Assembly: GCA_016839445.1 (NCBI GenBank)
Contig: JAEOUG010000068.1
Span: 1 to 59,422, forward strand
Source of the DNA: Candidatus Thorarchaeota archaeon
GTDB lineage: Archaea; Asgardarchaeota; Thorarchaeia; Thorarchaeales; Thorarchaeaceae
Direction of reading: 5' to 3'
Length of the DNA stretch: 59,422 bases
The notes under the pieces are model-generated. The model saw only the letters and a program-made list of their open reading frames with translations, searched no databases and was not told where the DNA came from. A program made the translations under genes and the position numbers. Shown piece by piece: positions 28,196-37,211 of this stretch. Position 1 is the first letter of the stretch; each line of letters begins with the position of its first letter.

Positions 28196-30211
28196 CTATA
28201 GCAGAATCAGTATCGCAAGAAACGCGATGATGCCTATCATCATGCCCAACACATTTGCATTGAGCACACCAGTCATGGTGCGTCTCCAACCCTTTGAAAG
28301 GGAGTCCATCCCGCGGCTCACGGATGCACTGAATGACAGAAGTGCAGATTCGACGCGGGACTTCGTTCCTCGACTCATCCATAGGTAGCCGTCCACAAAC
28401 ACCCTGTAGAAAGTCCTGTTGATGTACCAGCGGTTCCAGAGGAACCTGTACAGGAATCCGTCCTTCAGGCCACTGAAGTCATGTCCTCTTCTCCAGTAGA
28501 TCCAGAAGGCAGAGCCTATGCCCACACCCCACACAACCACTGTGAGGAGTGTTGTGAGTCCGAAGCCCCAAGGTACAACATGACTCCACTCGAAGATTCC
28601 CTCACCAATCAGACCAAAGGTCTGGAAGAAGACCGGTTCAAACAGCCCACCGATGATGGCAAGGGCAGCGAGAACTATGAGGGGGACCAGCATGGACTTT
28701 GGTGCCTCGTGTATGTGGTGTCCGTGTGACTCCAGTTCTTTGATGTGCTTCGACTTCTCTCCGTAGAAGGTAGAGTAGATCATTCTGAAGGTATAGAACG
28801 CTGTCAGAATGGCTGTGAGGAATGCCATGCCAAAGAGAAGGTACTCTCCGCCATGCCAGAGTGCCTCGAATATTAGCTCCTTTGACCAGAAGCCAACAAA
28901 GGGAGCGACACCTGCAAGAGAGAGCGCGCCGAATACGAAGGTCCAGCGAGTTATCTTCATGTCGTCTTTGATGCCGCCCATCTCACTCATCTTCTTAGTC
29001 TGAGTGGCATGGAGAACGGACCCGGCAGCAAGAAAGAGGAGGGCCTTGAAGATGGCATGGGCAAGGAGATGAAAGGTTCCAGCAGCGTATGCTGCAACAC
29101 CCTCTGCGACGAAACCAGATGCGCCGAGGACCATGAACATGTAGCCGAGTTGTGATACAGTGGAGTACGCAAGGACCTTTTTGATCTCATCCTGTACGAG
29201 CGCCATGGTCGCAGCCATGAAGGCAGTGAAGGCTCCAATCCATGCCACCGTCTGGAAGAATACCGCAATCCCGCCGACATAGCTCACGACCCATATCAGA
29301 ATAGGAATGATTCGGGCAACGAGGTAGACACCAGCCTTCACCATCGCCGCAGCATGAATGAGGGCGCTGACTGTTGTGGGACCTGCCATGGCCTCCGGGA
29401 GCCATATGTGGAGGGGGAACTGAGCGCTCTTGCCTATTGGCCCCGCGAAGATGAGAATCGCGACCAGAGGCAAGAGGCTGGTCAGGAGACCTGGATCGAC
29501 AGGCCACGCATTGGTTTCTGCGATGTGACCCAGCTCCCTGTAGTTGAACGTTCCAGATAGGAAGTAGAGGAGAAGAATTCCAGCAAGCAGACCGATGTCG
29601 CCGACACGTGTCACCATGAAGGCCTTCATTCCGCAGGCTGCGTTGTACTCACCCTCAGTCTTGTACTCTGGAACTGGACTGGGAGTCTTCATGTTGTGCC
29701 AGAAGCCAATGAGCGCGTAGCTGCACATGCCGACAATCTCCCAGCCGACGAAGGTCATGAGGAGGTTGTCTGCTACTACGAGGAGAATCATCCCTGACAC
29801 GAAGAGCTGCATGAAGAAGTAGTACCGAGTGAGGCTCGGGTCCTTGACAACATTTCCTTCGTCGTCGTGTCCGGTCATGTATCCTACGCTGAAGAGAATG
29901 ATGAGAGAGCCGATGCCACCTGCAATCACGGCAAGGAGTACGCTTAGTGGATCAATCATGACTCCGAACTCGATACTGGTTGTGCCCCAGACAATCCATT
30001 GGAATGGTTCCGGTGTGAGAGGGTATACCTCAGGTGCAGTGATCATGGTGGCGAGCATATCCAGGGCAAGAAAGGCGGTCACAAACCCGATGAAGACTGC
30101 CATGGCATCCCGCAGGTTTCCGTGTATTCTCGCGAAGACAGGAGTGAGTAATGCTCCAATGGCTGGCACAAGGAAGACCAGCCAGCCTGCGAGGCCGATT
30201 GGTACAATCAT
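28196..30211 (-). CDS. nuoL: Complex I-like subunit L
   Basis: GWEIVGMCSYALIGFW, KAFMVTRVGD, GKSAQFPLHIWLPEAMAGPTTVSALIHAA, HAIFKALLFL, and a C-terminal lateral-helix region. Confidence 0.93.
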   Translation of the reverse strand: MIVPIGLAGWLVFLVPAIGALLTPVFARIHGNLRDAMAVFIGFVTAFLALDMLATMITAPEVYPLTPEPFQWIVWGTTSIEFGVMIDPLSVLLAVIAGGIGSLIILFSVGYMTGHDDEGNVVKDPSLTRYYFFMQLFVSGMILLVVADNLLMTFVGWEIVGMCSYALIGFWHNMKTPSPVPEYKTEGEYNAACGMKAFMVTRVGDIGLLAGILLLYFLSGTFNYRELGHIAETNAWPVDPGLLTSLLPLVAILIFAGPIGKSAQFPLHIWLPEAMAGPTTVSALIHAAAMVKAGVYLVARIIPILIWVVSYVGGIAVFFQTVAWIGAFTAFMAATMALVQDEIKKVLAYSTVSQLGYMFMVLGASGFVAEGVAAYAAGTFHLLAHAIFKALLFLAAGSVLHATQTKKMSEMGGIKDDMKITRWTFVFGALSLAGVAPFVGFWSKELIFEALWHGGEYLLFGMAFLTAILTAFYTFRMIYSTFYGEKSKHIKELESHGHHIHEAPKSMLVPLIVLAALAIIGGLFEPVFFQTFGLIGEGIFEWSHVVPWGFGLTTLLTVVVWGVGIGSAFWIYWRRGHDFSGLKDGFLYRFLWNRWYINRTFYRVFVDGYLWMSRGTKSRVESALLSFSASVSRGMDSLSKGWRRTMTGVLNANVLGMMIGIIAFLAILILL

Positions 30212-30537
30212 TCTCGCAACCTCCTGTACTCACGGACATCAAGAGTGCCGTAGTGACGATATGCTCGCACTATCAGGCTCATCGCTACAGCAGCAATGGC
30301 ACCCCCAACACAGATAGAGAGGATTACGAAGACCTGTACCATCGGGTCAACTGGTCCAATCACGGAAGGGCCGGTAGTGAAGGAGGACAAGGCGAGAAAG
30401 TTGAGATTTACGGCCGCAACGAGAATCTCTATGCCAATCACCATCTTGATGAGATTCCTATTGCTGGCGAGCGTGTAGATCCCGAGAAGATAGAGAATCA
30501 GGGCGAATATGAGATAGAAGTGGAGCATGTCGAGCAT
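30208..30537 (-). CDS. nuoK: Complex I-like subunit K (4L)
   Basis: RNLIKMVIGIEIL, YRHYGTLDV; three TM helices. Confidence 0.88.
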   Translation of the reverse strand: MLDMLHFYLIFALILYLLGIYTLASNRNLIKMVIGIEILVAAVNLNFLALSSFTTGPSVIGPVDPMVQVFVILSICVGGAIAAVAMSLIVRAYRHYGTLDVREYRRLRE

Positions 30538-30538
30538 C

Positions 30539-30787
30539 TTACACATCCTCCTCGGTATGCCTCATTCTGAACATGGCAGACGCACCCATCACAGCGGCCA
30601 AGAGAAGCACTCCCTGAATCAGAACGTCGATAGTACGATAGGACCAGAGCCAATCGGCGACCGAAGCTATGGGGTCCGGTGATGAAGCAGGGGCCCCAAG
30701 TGGAAACACCGAGAAATCAAGGAGATGTGCCGCAATCATGGCCATAGCAATAATCGAGAGGAAGAGGGCAGCTGCTTTGTATCTCAT
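30539..30787 (-). CDS. NuoJ C-terminal half-like small membrane subunit
   Basis: LWSYRTIDVLIQGVLLLAAVMGA matches the NuoJ C-terminal/MnhB-type motif. Confidence 0.75.
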   Translation of the reverse strand: MRYKAAALFLSIIAMAMIAAHLLDFSVFPLGAPASSPDPIASVADWLWSYRTIDVLIQGVLLLAAVMGASAMFRMRHTEEDV

Positions 30788-31083
30788 TGGTCCTGTACCT
30801 CCTCGACGGATGACTCCTCCATCCCCTTTTCCTGAACCTCGGGAGATTCTAGGTTCATGGCGGAGAGGAAGAGAATCGCAATGGCACCTGAGAAGACGGT
30901 GGCATTGAACACAGCCACGAGCGGGGCACCCAGCACGGCGAAAGACATGCTGAGGAAGAGGTTGCCGACTGCAAAGGCAATGATTGCGAATGACAGCCGA
31001 CGATACTCTACCGCCACCACCAGGAAGAGTACAGTGAGTATGAGGACTACGATTTGAAGAACCTCATAGAGAGTTGATATCAT
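30784..31083 (-). CDS. NuoJ N-terminal half-like subunit (DUF4040-like)
   Basis: LGAPLVAVFNATVFSGAIAILFL matches NuoJ TM3 (A.Q..VY.GAI..LF). Confidence 0.75.
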   Translation of the reverse strand: MISTLYEVLQIVVLILTVLFLVVAVEYRRLSFAIIAFAVGNLFLSMSFAVLGAPLVAVFNATVFSGAIAILFLSAMNLESPEVQEKGMEESSVEEVQDQ

Positions 31084-31231
31084 CGTTAGACCTGCCCTAG
31101 CCAAGACCATGCTTGCTGGCTGCGTTGCCGCTGACTCCAATTCATAAATCTAACGTAGTGTACATGGATACGACCAATGGGGAGACCCAGAGGGAAACAG
31201 TATTGAGGGTCGTACTGCAATCATTCCAGCG

Positions 31232-32176
31232 ATGACGGGTAGAGTACTTGTGACAGGCGCGGCAGGCTTCATAGCAAGCCATCTTGTAGATGCACTGCTC
31301 AAAGGAGGCTACGAGGTCATTGGCGTCGATAGCCTTCGAACTGGAATGAAGTCCAACCTCTCCTCAGCCATGAATGATGACAGGTTCCAGTTTCTTGAGG
31401 AGGACATCTGTCATCCAGAACTGCCCCTGAGAGTCAGAGGAGAGATCGACCTCTTCTTCCATCTTGCCGCCATTTCCTCTGTCAGAATGTCTGTTGAGAA
31501 CCCGCAGGAGGTCAACCGCGTCAATGTCGGAGGGACTGTGAATGCACTTGATGTGGCTAGCCGACTTGGTGCAAGGCGATTCGTCCTAGCCTCGAGCGCC
31601 GCAGTCTATGGAGATCCTGAAGTACTTCCGGTCGATGAGACGGCTCCTCTTGAACCGCTGAGCCCCTATGCCGCCTCCAAAGCGGCTGCTGAGATGTACT
31701 GCCAAGCATTCTCCGCCACACACGGACTGGAATACACAATACTCCGTTACTTCAACGTCTACGGACCGAGACAGGCTTTCTCAGAGTACAGCGGGGTGGT
31801 GTCAATCTTCATCAGCAACGCGCTGCACGGGCAGCCATTGAGCATTGAGGGAGATGGCAAGCAGACAAGGAGCTTCATTCATGTGAAAGATGTTGTTCGC
31901 AGCACAATCTTAGCTGCGGAAGTTGATCAGGCAGCAGGCCAGATAATCAACATATCAGGAACCGAGTCCATCAGTATCAATGATCTCGCCTCTGCTGTTC
32001 GAGGGCTTGCCAAGGAGCATAGCCCCCAGATAGCACACGTCGATCCTAGGCAGGGAGATGTTCGAGATAGTATCGGGAAGATGGAGAGAGCCAAGGCCTT
32101 GCTTGGCTTCGCTCCAGAGGTCCCCTTCAGTGAGGGGATCAATGACACCGTTCAGTGGTTCAGATCCCTGCTGTAG
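31232..32176 (+). CDS. NAD-dependent nucleotide-sugar epimerase/dehydratase (extended SDR)
   Basis: VTGAAGFIAS, ASSAAVYG, YAASK, RYFNVYGPRQ. Confidence 0.93.
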   Translation: MTGRVLVTGAAGFIASHLVDALLKGGYEVIGVDSLRTGMKSNLSSAMNDDRFQFLEEDICHPELPLRVRGEIDLFFHLAAISSVRMSVENPQEVNRVNVGGTVNALDVASRLGARRFVLASSAAVYGDPEVLPVDETAPLEPLSPYAASKAAAEMYCQAFSATHGLEYTILRYFNVYGPRQAFSEYSGVVSIFISNALHGQPLSIEGDGKQTRSFIHVKDVVRSTILAAEVDQAAGQIINISGTESISINDLASAVRGLAKEHSPQIAHVDPRQGDVRDSIGKMERAKALLGFAPEVPFSEGINDTVQWFRSLL

Positions 32177-35100
32177 TCACCTTACTGTGAGCACTAGGTT
32201 GAGTGTGTCAACGATTCCGTCTTCAGTCCGCAGCACAACTTGCACGAGATACTGTACCAGAATCTGGCCTTCTGAGAGGTATGCGGTCAGCATTGGTGCA
32301 GTCCCATACACGTCTCCGGGGCCGACAACACCAATATCCATAGTGAAGTTGCCAGCCACATCTATGACTTCTAGACCGTGCCAAAACAGCGAGAAGTTGG
32401 CTGAACCGGGCGTTATTACGTCAAGGTACAGGTGATGACTGACATTGTCATTGTTACGCATCAGCGCCACGAGGCTCGCGAACTCACCTTCTTCCACCGC
32501 AAAGGGGCTCAGTGTCACGCTTTCAAGTCCAACCTCACCAGCTTCCACAATAGTCTGGTTCAGCAGACCAAACATGGCATAGTATGCTTCGACCACATTT
32601 CCTCCCAGTTTGACACGCTCTCCTGTGCGAGCGTCAACGAGACCCACACCGCCGAGTTTCTCGATAACGCGGTTCGTCGAGGTCTCGACTTCGAGGAACA
32701 CAGGCACAACGAAGAAGAGATCGCCGCCCAGATGATACAAGAGACGATTCCCGTATCGGTGCGCGCCCCACAACTGGAGCTGTGTCCTGACTACGTCATT
32801 CGTTTCAAATGCCTGCACAACGGCGGTCGGACCTAGCCATGTTGAATAGCCTTCCTCTCCAGCCTTGTAGAAGACGAGCTCCCCGAAGTTCTTGTTTCCG
32901 CATCCCATGATGTAGATACCAGCTAGGTTGTGCGCAGGGGAGTCCTTGAACTCAGCATTGTGGTAGGCAATGAACCGTTCTTCACCCTCGATAGTCATAA
33001 TCACGTACCTTGTGTCAGAGTCCTCGGGGCTCTCATGGAAGTCTACACCGTTGCTCCAGATCTCAGCGCGATTGACATGGTATATGTAGGCGATGTGAAG
33101 CTGTCTCTCGTACAGGTCCTCTGGCCACTTCAGCTGTGCCTCGAGCCAGGAAGGAGTCTCTTGCCAGTTGTAGTACCCCCGATAGGTGGCATCAAGGAAG
33201 AATCCATCACCAAAGGCCGGTGACTCGTAGAACCCGATTTCGCCAGTCTCGATATCAACGAGTGCGACGCCCATGAACCGCATGTAGTTCTCATGCGCGT
33301 ATCCAGTGGACAGGTGGTAGTCGATGAATATGGACACAGCGTAGTAGATTCTCCCTGAGGGATCCACGACAATGTAGGGGTCGCTGTCGACTGTGAGGCC
33401 CTGCAACATGACAGACCCAACCCTCGACACGACATCTCTCTCGACGAGCATATCCATGTCTCTTCCGAGATATGACCACGCGCTCGGGCCCATGGAGAAG
33501 ATGTAGAAGAACGACTCAAAGCCACGGAGAGTGTAGTCTGGAGCACCTGCGAAAGTGCCGTTCCCGACCTCTTCGAAGTTCTCTACATTGACGAAGACTA
33601 CATCGTTGAAGCCGAGACCTTCACCGTAGTAGAAGTTGATATCATCAGTCCGGTTGAAGAGTGCGACTAGACTGTCGTGCTCAATCAGTTCGCCGCTGTA
33701 CGCATCTAGCACAACTATGCCCTCTGTGTGTGTGAAGAGAATGTAGCGGTTGATGAACGAATTCCACGTTTCACTGGTATCGAATGTTAGCGGCGCAATC
33801 CAATACTCGTGTCCCTTCAAGAACACGATGTCAGAGTCCGCTAACTGCATCCAGTTCGCTCCAATCTGGTTTCTCATGCGTAGATAGCTGGCCTGTTGGT
33901 CCCACTGTCGTACATTGGTCAGAGACTCCACCTGACTCTCTGGCGTTGCGTTCACAGTCAGATCATCAAGATCCTTGATGACCATCTCATCAACACCTGC
34001 CGCCCAGTTGGTGACCTCGATTTCCTTGGCGGTCTCAGGATTGAATTTCCAGTCGATGTACCTGTCACCCTGCATTTGTATCCCGTAGTAGAAAGCCTGC
34101 GTTATTGGCAGCATCACTACAATGATGATGAGAAAGGCCGAAAGCAGAGCGAAGTTCCGGGGAGAACCTCCGATTGGGAGCATTCGCTCTATCTTCAACC
34201 TGCGCAGCTCATTTGAGATGTTTGCGCGGTCCTCCATAAGCATCGATACGCGCTTCCTGTAGTCTTCTGCGTCTATCGCTCCAGCCTCGTATTCCTGACG
34301 AATCGACAGCAGCTCGCCCTGGAGGCGAACTAGGTCACCTTCAAGAGATGAGATCTTGCTACCAAGACGCTGACGGGCATCACCGGATCGAACACGCATG
34401 ACCATGAACATGAAGGAGCCGAAGAGACTGGCACCCAAGCCAATGAGCAGAGCGAGATAGCTCATCCATGTCCCGGCGTTCACAGTCCAGAAGGGCACTC
34501 CCAGAATCTCAATGCCAAGAACCAGAGATATCACGAATAGTCCTTTGGAAACGACTGTGAAGACATCACGACGCTGCATCATGAGGTCAGTGATAAGGCT
34601 CAATGCAAAGCGAGCAGCCGTGGCTATCAGGAGCGTCGAGATGAGACCAGCATAGAGCTGATAGGCCTCCATCGCGGGGACTAGCGTCTGTATTGACGCG
34701 GCTGATACTCCCGGGCTGAATGGTAGAGAGAAGAGGAGTGCCAGGTCACTGGGTGACATGGATATCGAGCCGTCGCCGGAGAGCATCATGAGGAATGCAA
34801 CGTTCTGTCCTGTTACAGCATAGCCTCCTGTGGATACATAGTAGAGGAAGAAGACACCCACAAGCAGAAGCCGCCAAGCTACTGCGGTCTTGATGTCAAG
34901 ACGCTTCGCAACAGGACCAGTCTGGGAGAGCGCGGACATGAAGGTGAGGAACGTCGATCTGGTCCAGAGTGTCACGACGCTGCTCAGGAGTGCAAGTAAT
35001 GCAGAGGCATAGAAGATGTTGTTCTGTAGGGTCCATGTTTCCCAGAAGTTGACATTGGCCTTGTCCTGGAACGTGTGAACATAGATGCTCTGTCCAAGGA

Positions 35101-35182
35101 ACCAACCGTATGCTGCAGATAGGCCGACGGTAACGATCGCGGCCATAATGAGAATGACGATAATGTATCGGAGGTATTTCAT
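32177..35182 (-). CDS. UPF0182-family membrane protein (archaeal variant)
   Basis: ~8 N-terminal TM; NVRQWD, DSDI, FTHTEG, INFYYGEG, DSDPYIVV, NYMR, WPEDL motifs typical of UPF0182. Confidence 0.8.
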   Translation of the reverse strand: MKYLRYIIVILIMAAIVTVGLSAAYGWFLGQSIYVHTFQDKANVNFWETWTLQNNIFYASALLALLSSVVTLWTRSTFLTFMSALSQTGPVAKRLDIKTAVAWRLLLVGVFFLYYVSTGGYAVTGQNVAFLMMLSGDGSISMSPSDLALLFSLPFSPGVSAASIQTLVPAMEAYQLYAGLISTLLIATAARFALSLITDLMMQRRDVFTVVSKGLFVISLVLGIEILGVPFWTVNAGTWMSYLALLIGLGASLFGSFMFMVMRVRSGDARQRLGSKISSLEGDLVRLQGELLSIRQEYEAGAIDAEDYRKRVSMLMEDRANISNELRRLKIERMLPIGGSPRNFALLSAFLIIIVVMLPITQAFYYGIQMQGDRYIDWKFNPETAKEIEVTNWAAGVDEMVIKDLDDLTVNATPESQVESLTNVRQWDQQASYLRMRNQIGANWMQLADSDIVFLKGHEYWIAPLTFDTSETWNSFINRYILFTHTEGIVVLDAYSGELIEHDSLVALFNRTDDINFYYGEGLGFNDVVFVNVENFEEVGNGTFAGAPDYTLRGFESFFYIFSMGPSAWSYLGRDMDMLVERDVVSRVGSVMLQGLTVDSDPYIVVDPSGRIYYAVSIFIDYHLSTGYAHENYMRFMGVALVDIETGEIGFYESPAFGDGFFLDATYRGYYNWQETPSWLEAQLKWPEDLYERQLHIAYIYHVNRAEIWSNGVDFHESPEDSDTRYVIMTIEGEERFIAYHNAEFKDSPAHNLAGIYIMGCGNKNFGELVFYKAGEEGYSTWLGPTAVVQAFETNDVVRTQLQLWGAHRYGNRLLYHLGGDLFFVVPVFLEVETSTNRVIEKLGGVGLVDARTGERVKLGGNVVEAYYAMFGLLNQTIVEAGEVGLESVTLSPFAVEEGEFASLVALMRNNDNVSHHLYLDVITPGSANFSLFWHGLEVIDVAGNFTMDIGVVGPGDVYGTAPMLTAYLSEGQILVQYLVQVVLRTEDGIVDTLNLVLTVR

Positions 35183-35253
35183 CGACGCATTCCTCTCTCG
35201 AACTGACGGACGTTTGTGTTAGGACCATATAGGAATAGCGCTTGATGTCGAAA

Positions 35254-35757
35254 TCAAGATTCTAGGAGTGCTCTCTGACTCACATGGGCAAAAGACCGGC
35301 CATCAATGGCCCGCGAAACCGCAAGGATTCCATCAAGATGGTCACATTCATGCTGCAGCAGTTCTGACAGGTCGTCCTCTAGGCGCAGCGACTGCACTCT
35401 CCACTCCATGTCCCGGTACTCGACAGTGACGGACTTGTGCCGGAAGACCCTGACCAAGATCTCGGGGAAGCTCATGCAGTCGTCCCAAATCTCAATCATG
35501 CTTTCACTCAGATCTGTGAGATGGGGATTGATGAACACCTTGGGCGTGTCGATGTGCATGTAGACCACCCGCTTCATCAAGCCAATCTGAGGTGCCGCTA
35601 TGGCCCGACCTACACCATGCTTCTCCCTGAAGGCCATGAGCGTGTCATGGAGGTCACACACTGTGTCTCGTAGGAGAGGGGCTTCTTCTTTGGTCACGTC
35701 CGCACACCTCTGGTAGAGGAGCGGATTACCGAGGAGCAAGATCTCGCGGACTGGCAT
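35254..35757 (-). CDS. def: Peptide deformylase homologue
   Basis: ILLLGNPLL, GVGRAIAAPQIG (motif 1), FINP, WDDCMSFP (motif 2 variant), LQHECDHLDGIL (motif 3). Confidence 0.9.
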   Translation of the reverse strand: MPVREILLLGNPLLYQRCADVTKEEAPLLRDTVCDLHDTLMAFREKHGVGRAIAAPQIGLMKRVVYMHIDTPKVFINPHLTDLSESMIEIWDDCMSFPEILVRVFRHKSVTVEYRDMEWRVQSLRLEDDLSELLQHECDHLDGILAVSRAIDGRSFAHVSQRALLES

Positions 35758-35843
35758 TGCCTGAGGAATAGACAAGTACGGATTTGAGTCTGACCATTCC
35801 GCCTTTCGATAGTAATATGAGGCGCAGTGCAGCGTGTCGTTGC

Positions 35844-36671
35844 ATGGCACGGCCTCTCTGGTTTGTCGAGCTCCTCAAGAAGACATTCCCAAATGTCAGC
35901 ATTATCGCCAAGCTGACAAGGGTCCCTGTTGTCGGCCGGGTGATCGACAAGATGCTGTTTGAGGGAGACGACATTATCTACCTCCCGAAAGACAGTGTTG
36001 TTCAGAAGACCATCCAGATCAATCAGAGCCTAGACCAGCCAATTGACACAGCGCTTCCCTCAGCCGTTGTTCATCACTTCATCGAGAAGGCGAATTACCA
36101 TTGGATAATGAACTTCTGCATCTGCAGAGACGCATCGAAGTGCGAAGACTACCCAATCGACCACGGATGCCTGTTTCTTGGTGAGGCGGTCCTCGATATC
36201 AACCCACAACTTGGAAGGCGCGTGACAAAAGAGGAGGCCCACGAGTACGCTCGCGATTGCCGAGAAAAGGGGCTTGTGCACCTCATCGGACGCAACAAAC
36301 TCGACTCCACTTGGTTGAACGTGGCGCCTGGAGACAAGCTCCTCACCATATGCAACTGCTGCCCGTGCTGCTGTCTCTGGAGGATGCTCCCAGACCTTAA
36401 CCCAGCCATCAGCCGGAAGGTGACCAAAATGCCCGGCGTGGACGTACGTGTTACTGAAGACTGCATTGGGTGTGGCACCTGTACTGAAGGCATCTGTTTT
36501 GTGGATGCCATTTCACTTGTGGACGGAAAGGCCAAGATAAGCGGCGAATGCAGGGCGTGCGGAAGGTGTGTTGAGGTCTGCCCTAACGATGCCATCGAGA
36601 TGATCATCGAGCACCTTGAGTTTGTGGAAGACTCGATCCATCGAGTGGACTCCGTTGTCGATGTGGAGTAG
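35844..36671 (+). CDS. Polyferredoxin-type 4Fe-4S protein
   Basis: FCICR..C, ICNCCPCCC, CIGCGTC..C, CRACGRCVEVCP. Confidence 0.9.
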   Translation: MARPLWFVELLKKTFPNVSIIAKLTRVPVVGRVIDKMLFEGDDIIYLPKDSVVQKTIQINQSLDQPIDTALPSAVVHHFIEKANYHWIMNFCICRDASKCEDYPIDHGCLFLGEAVLDINPQLGRRVTKEEAHEYARDCREKGLVHLIGRNKLDSTWLNVAPGDKLLTICNCCPCCCLWRMLPDLNPAISRKVTKMPGVDVRVTEDCIGCGTCTEGICFVDAISLVDGKAKISGECRACGRCVEVCPNDAIEMIIEHLEFVEDSIHRVDSVVDVE

Positions 36672-36672
36672 T

Positions 36673-37035
36673 CTACAATAGAACCATCAGAATCGAGAGG
36701 GCAAAGACAAGGAGTACTGGAGCCATCAGGCATCGAAAACAGGACTTATCCCCAAACTCTGACCACTGGAACCCGCTGTAGCCTCCGAGGAACCCTCCAG
36801 TGATTGTACCTATCAGTGGAAGCCATGTGGGACTCCCAAACCCAAAGGCGCCCGTGCCACCCCAGTCGTCGATGGGCTCATAGATGACTAGCACCTGACC
36901 CAGTGAGTAGAATAGAATCCAAGGAATCACTATCATGATTAGAATGGCAGTAGGGATTATGTACTTCGAGAAGTTGCGTCCTCCTAGGTTCCCTACCAAG
37001 ATTCCAGAGACCAGACCGATTATGCCAAAGAGCAC
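36673..37035 (-). CDS. Small membrane protein (~4 TM)
   Basis: Hydrophobic Gly-rich ORF; the start is uncertain because the frame stays open to 37062. Confidence 0.65.
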   Translation of the reverse strand: MLFGIIGLVSGILVGNLGGRNFSKYIIPTAILIMIVIPWILFYSLGQVLVIYEPIDDWGGTGAFGFGSPTWLPLIGTITGGFLGGYSGFQWSEFGDKSCFRCLMAPVLLVFALSILMVLL

Positions 37036-37211
37036 ACAGACAGTTGTGAGTGTCAGCGCCGTCTACTCCACCTCACTGTCCTCCGGCACCCGAAGTCGAT
37101 TAAACCTTGTCACCGACAGGAGTACATCGGTCCACATATCATAACGCTTTTCTTGAGTCTCTTGTTGGCCCAGCTCGCCCGATTCATTAGAATCGCTGGA
37201 CGTGTGTATCC

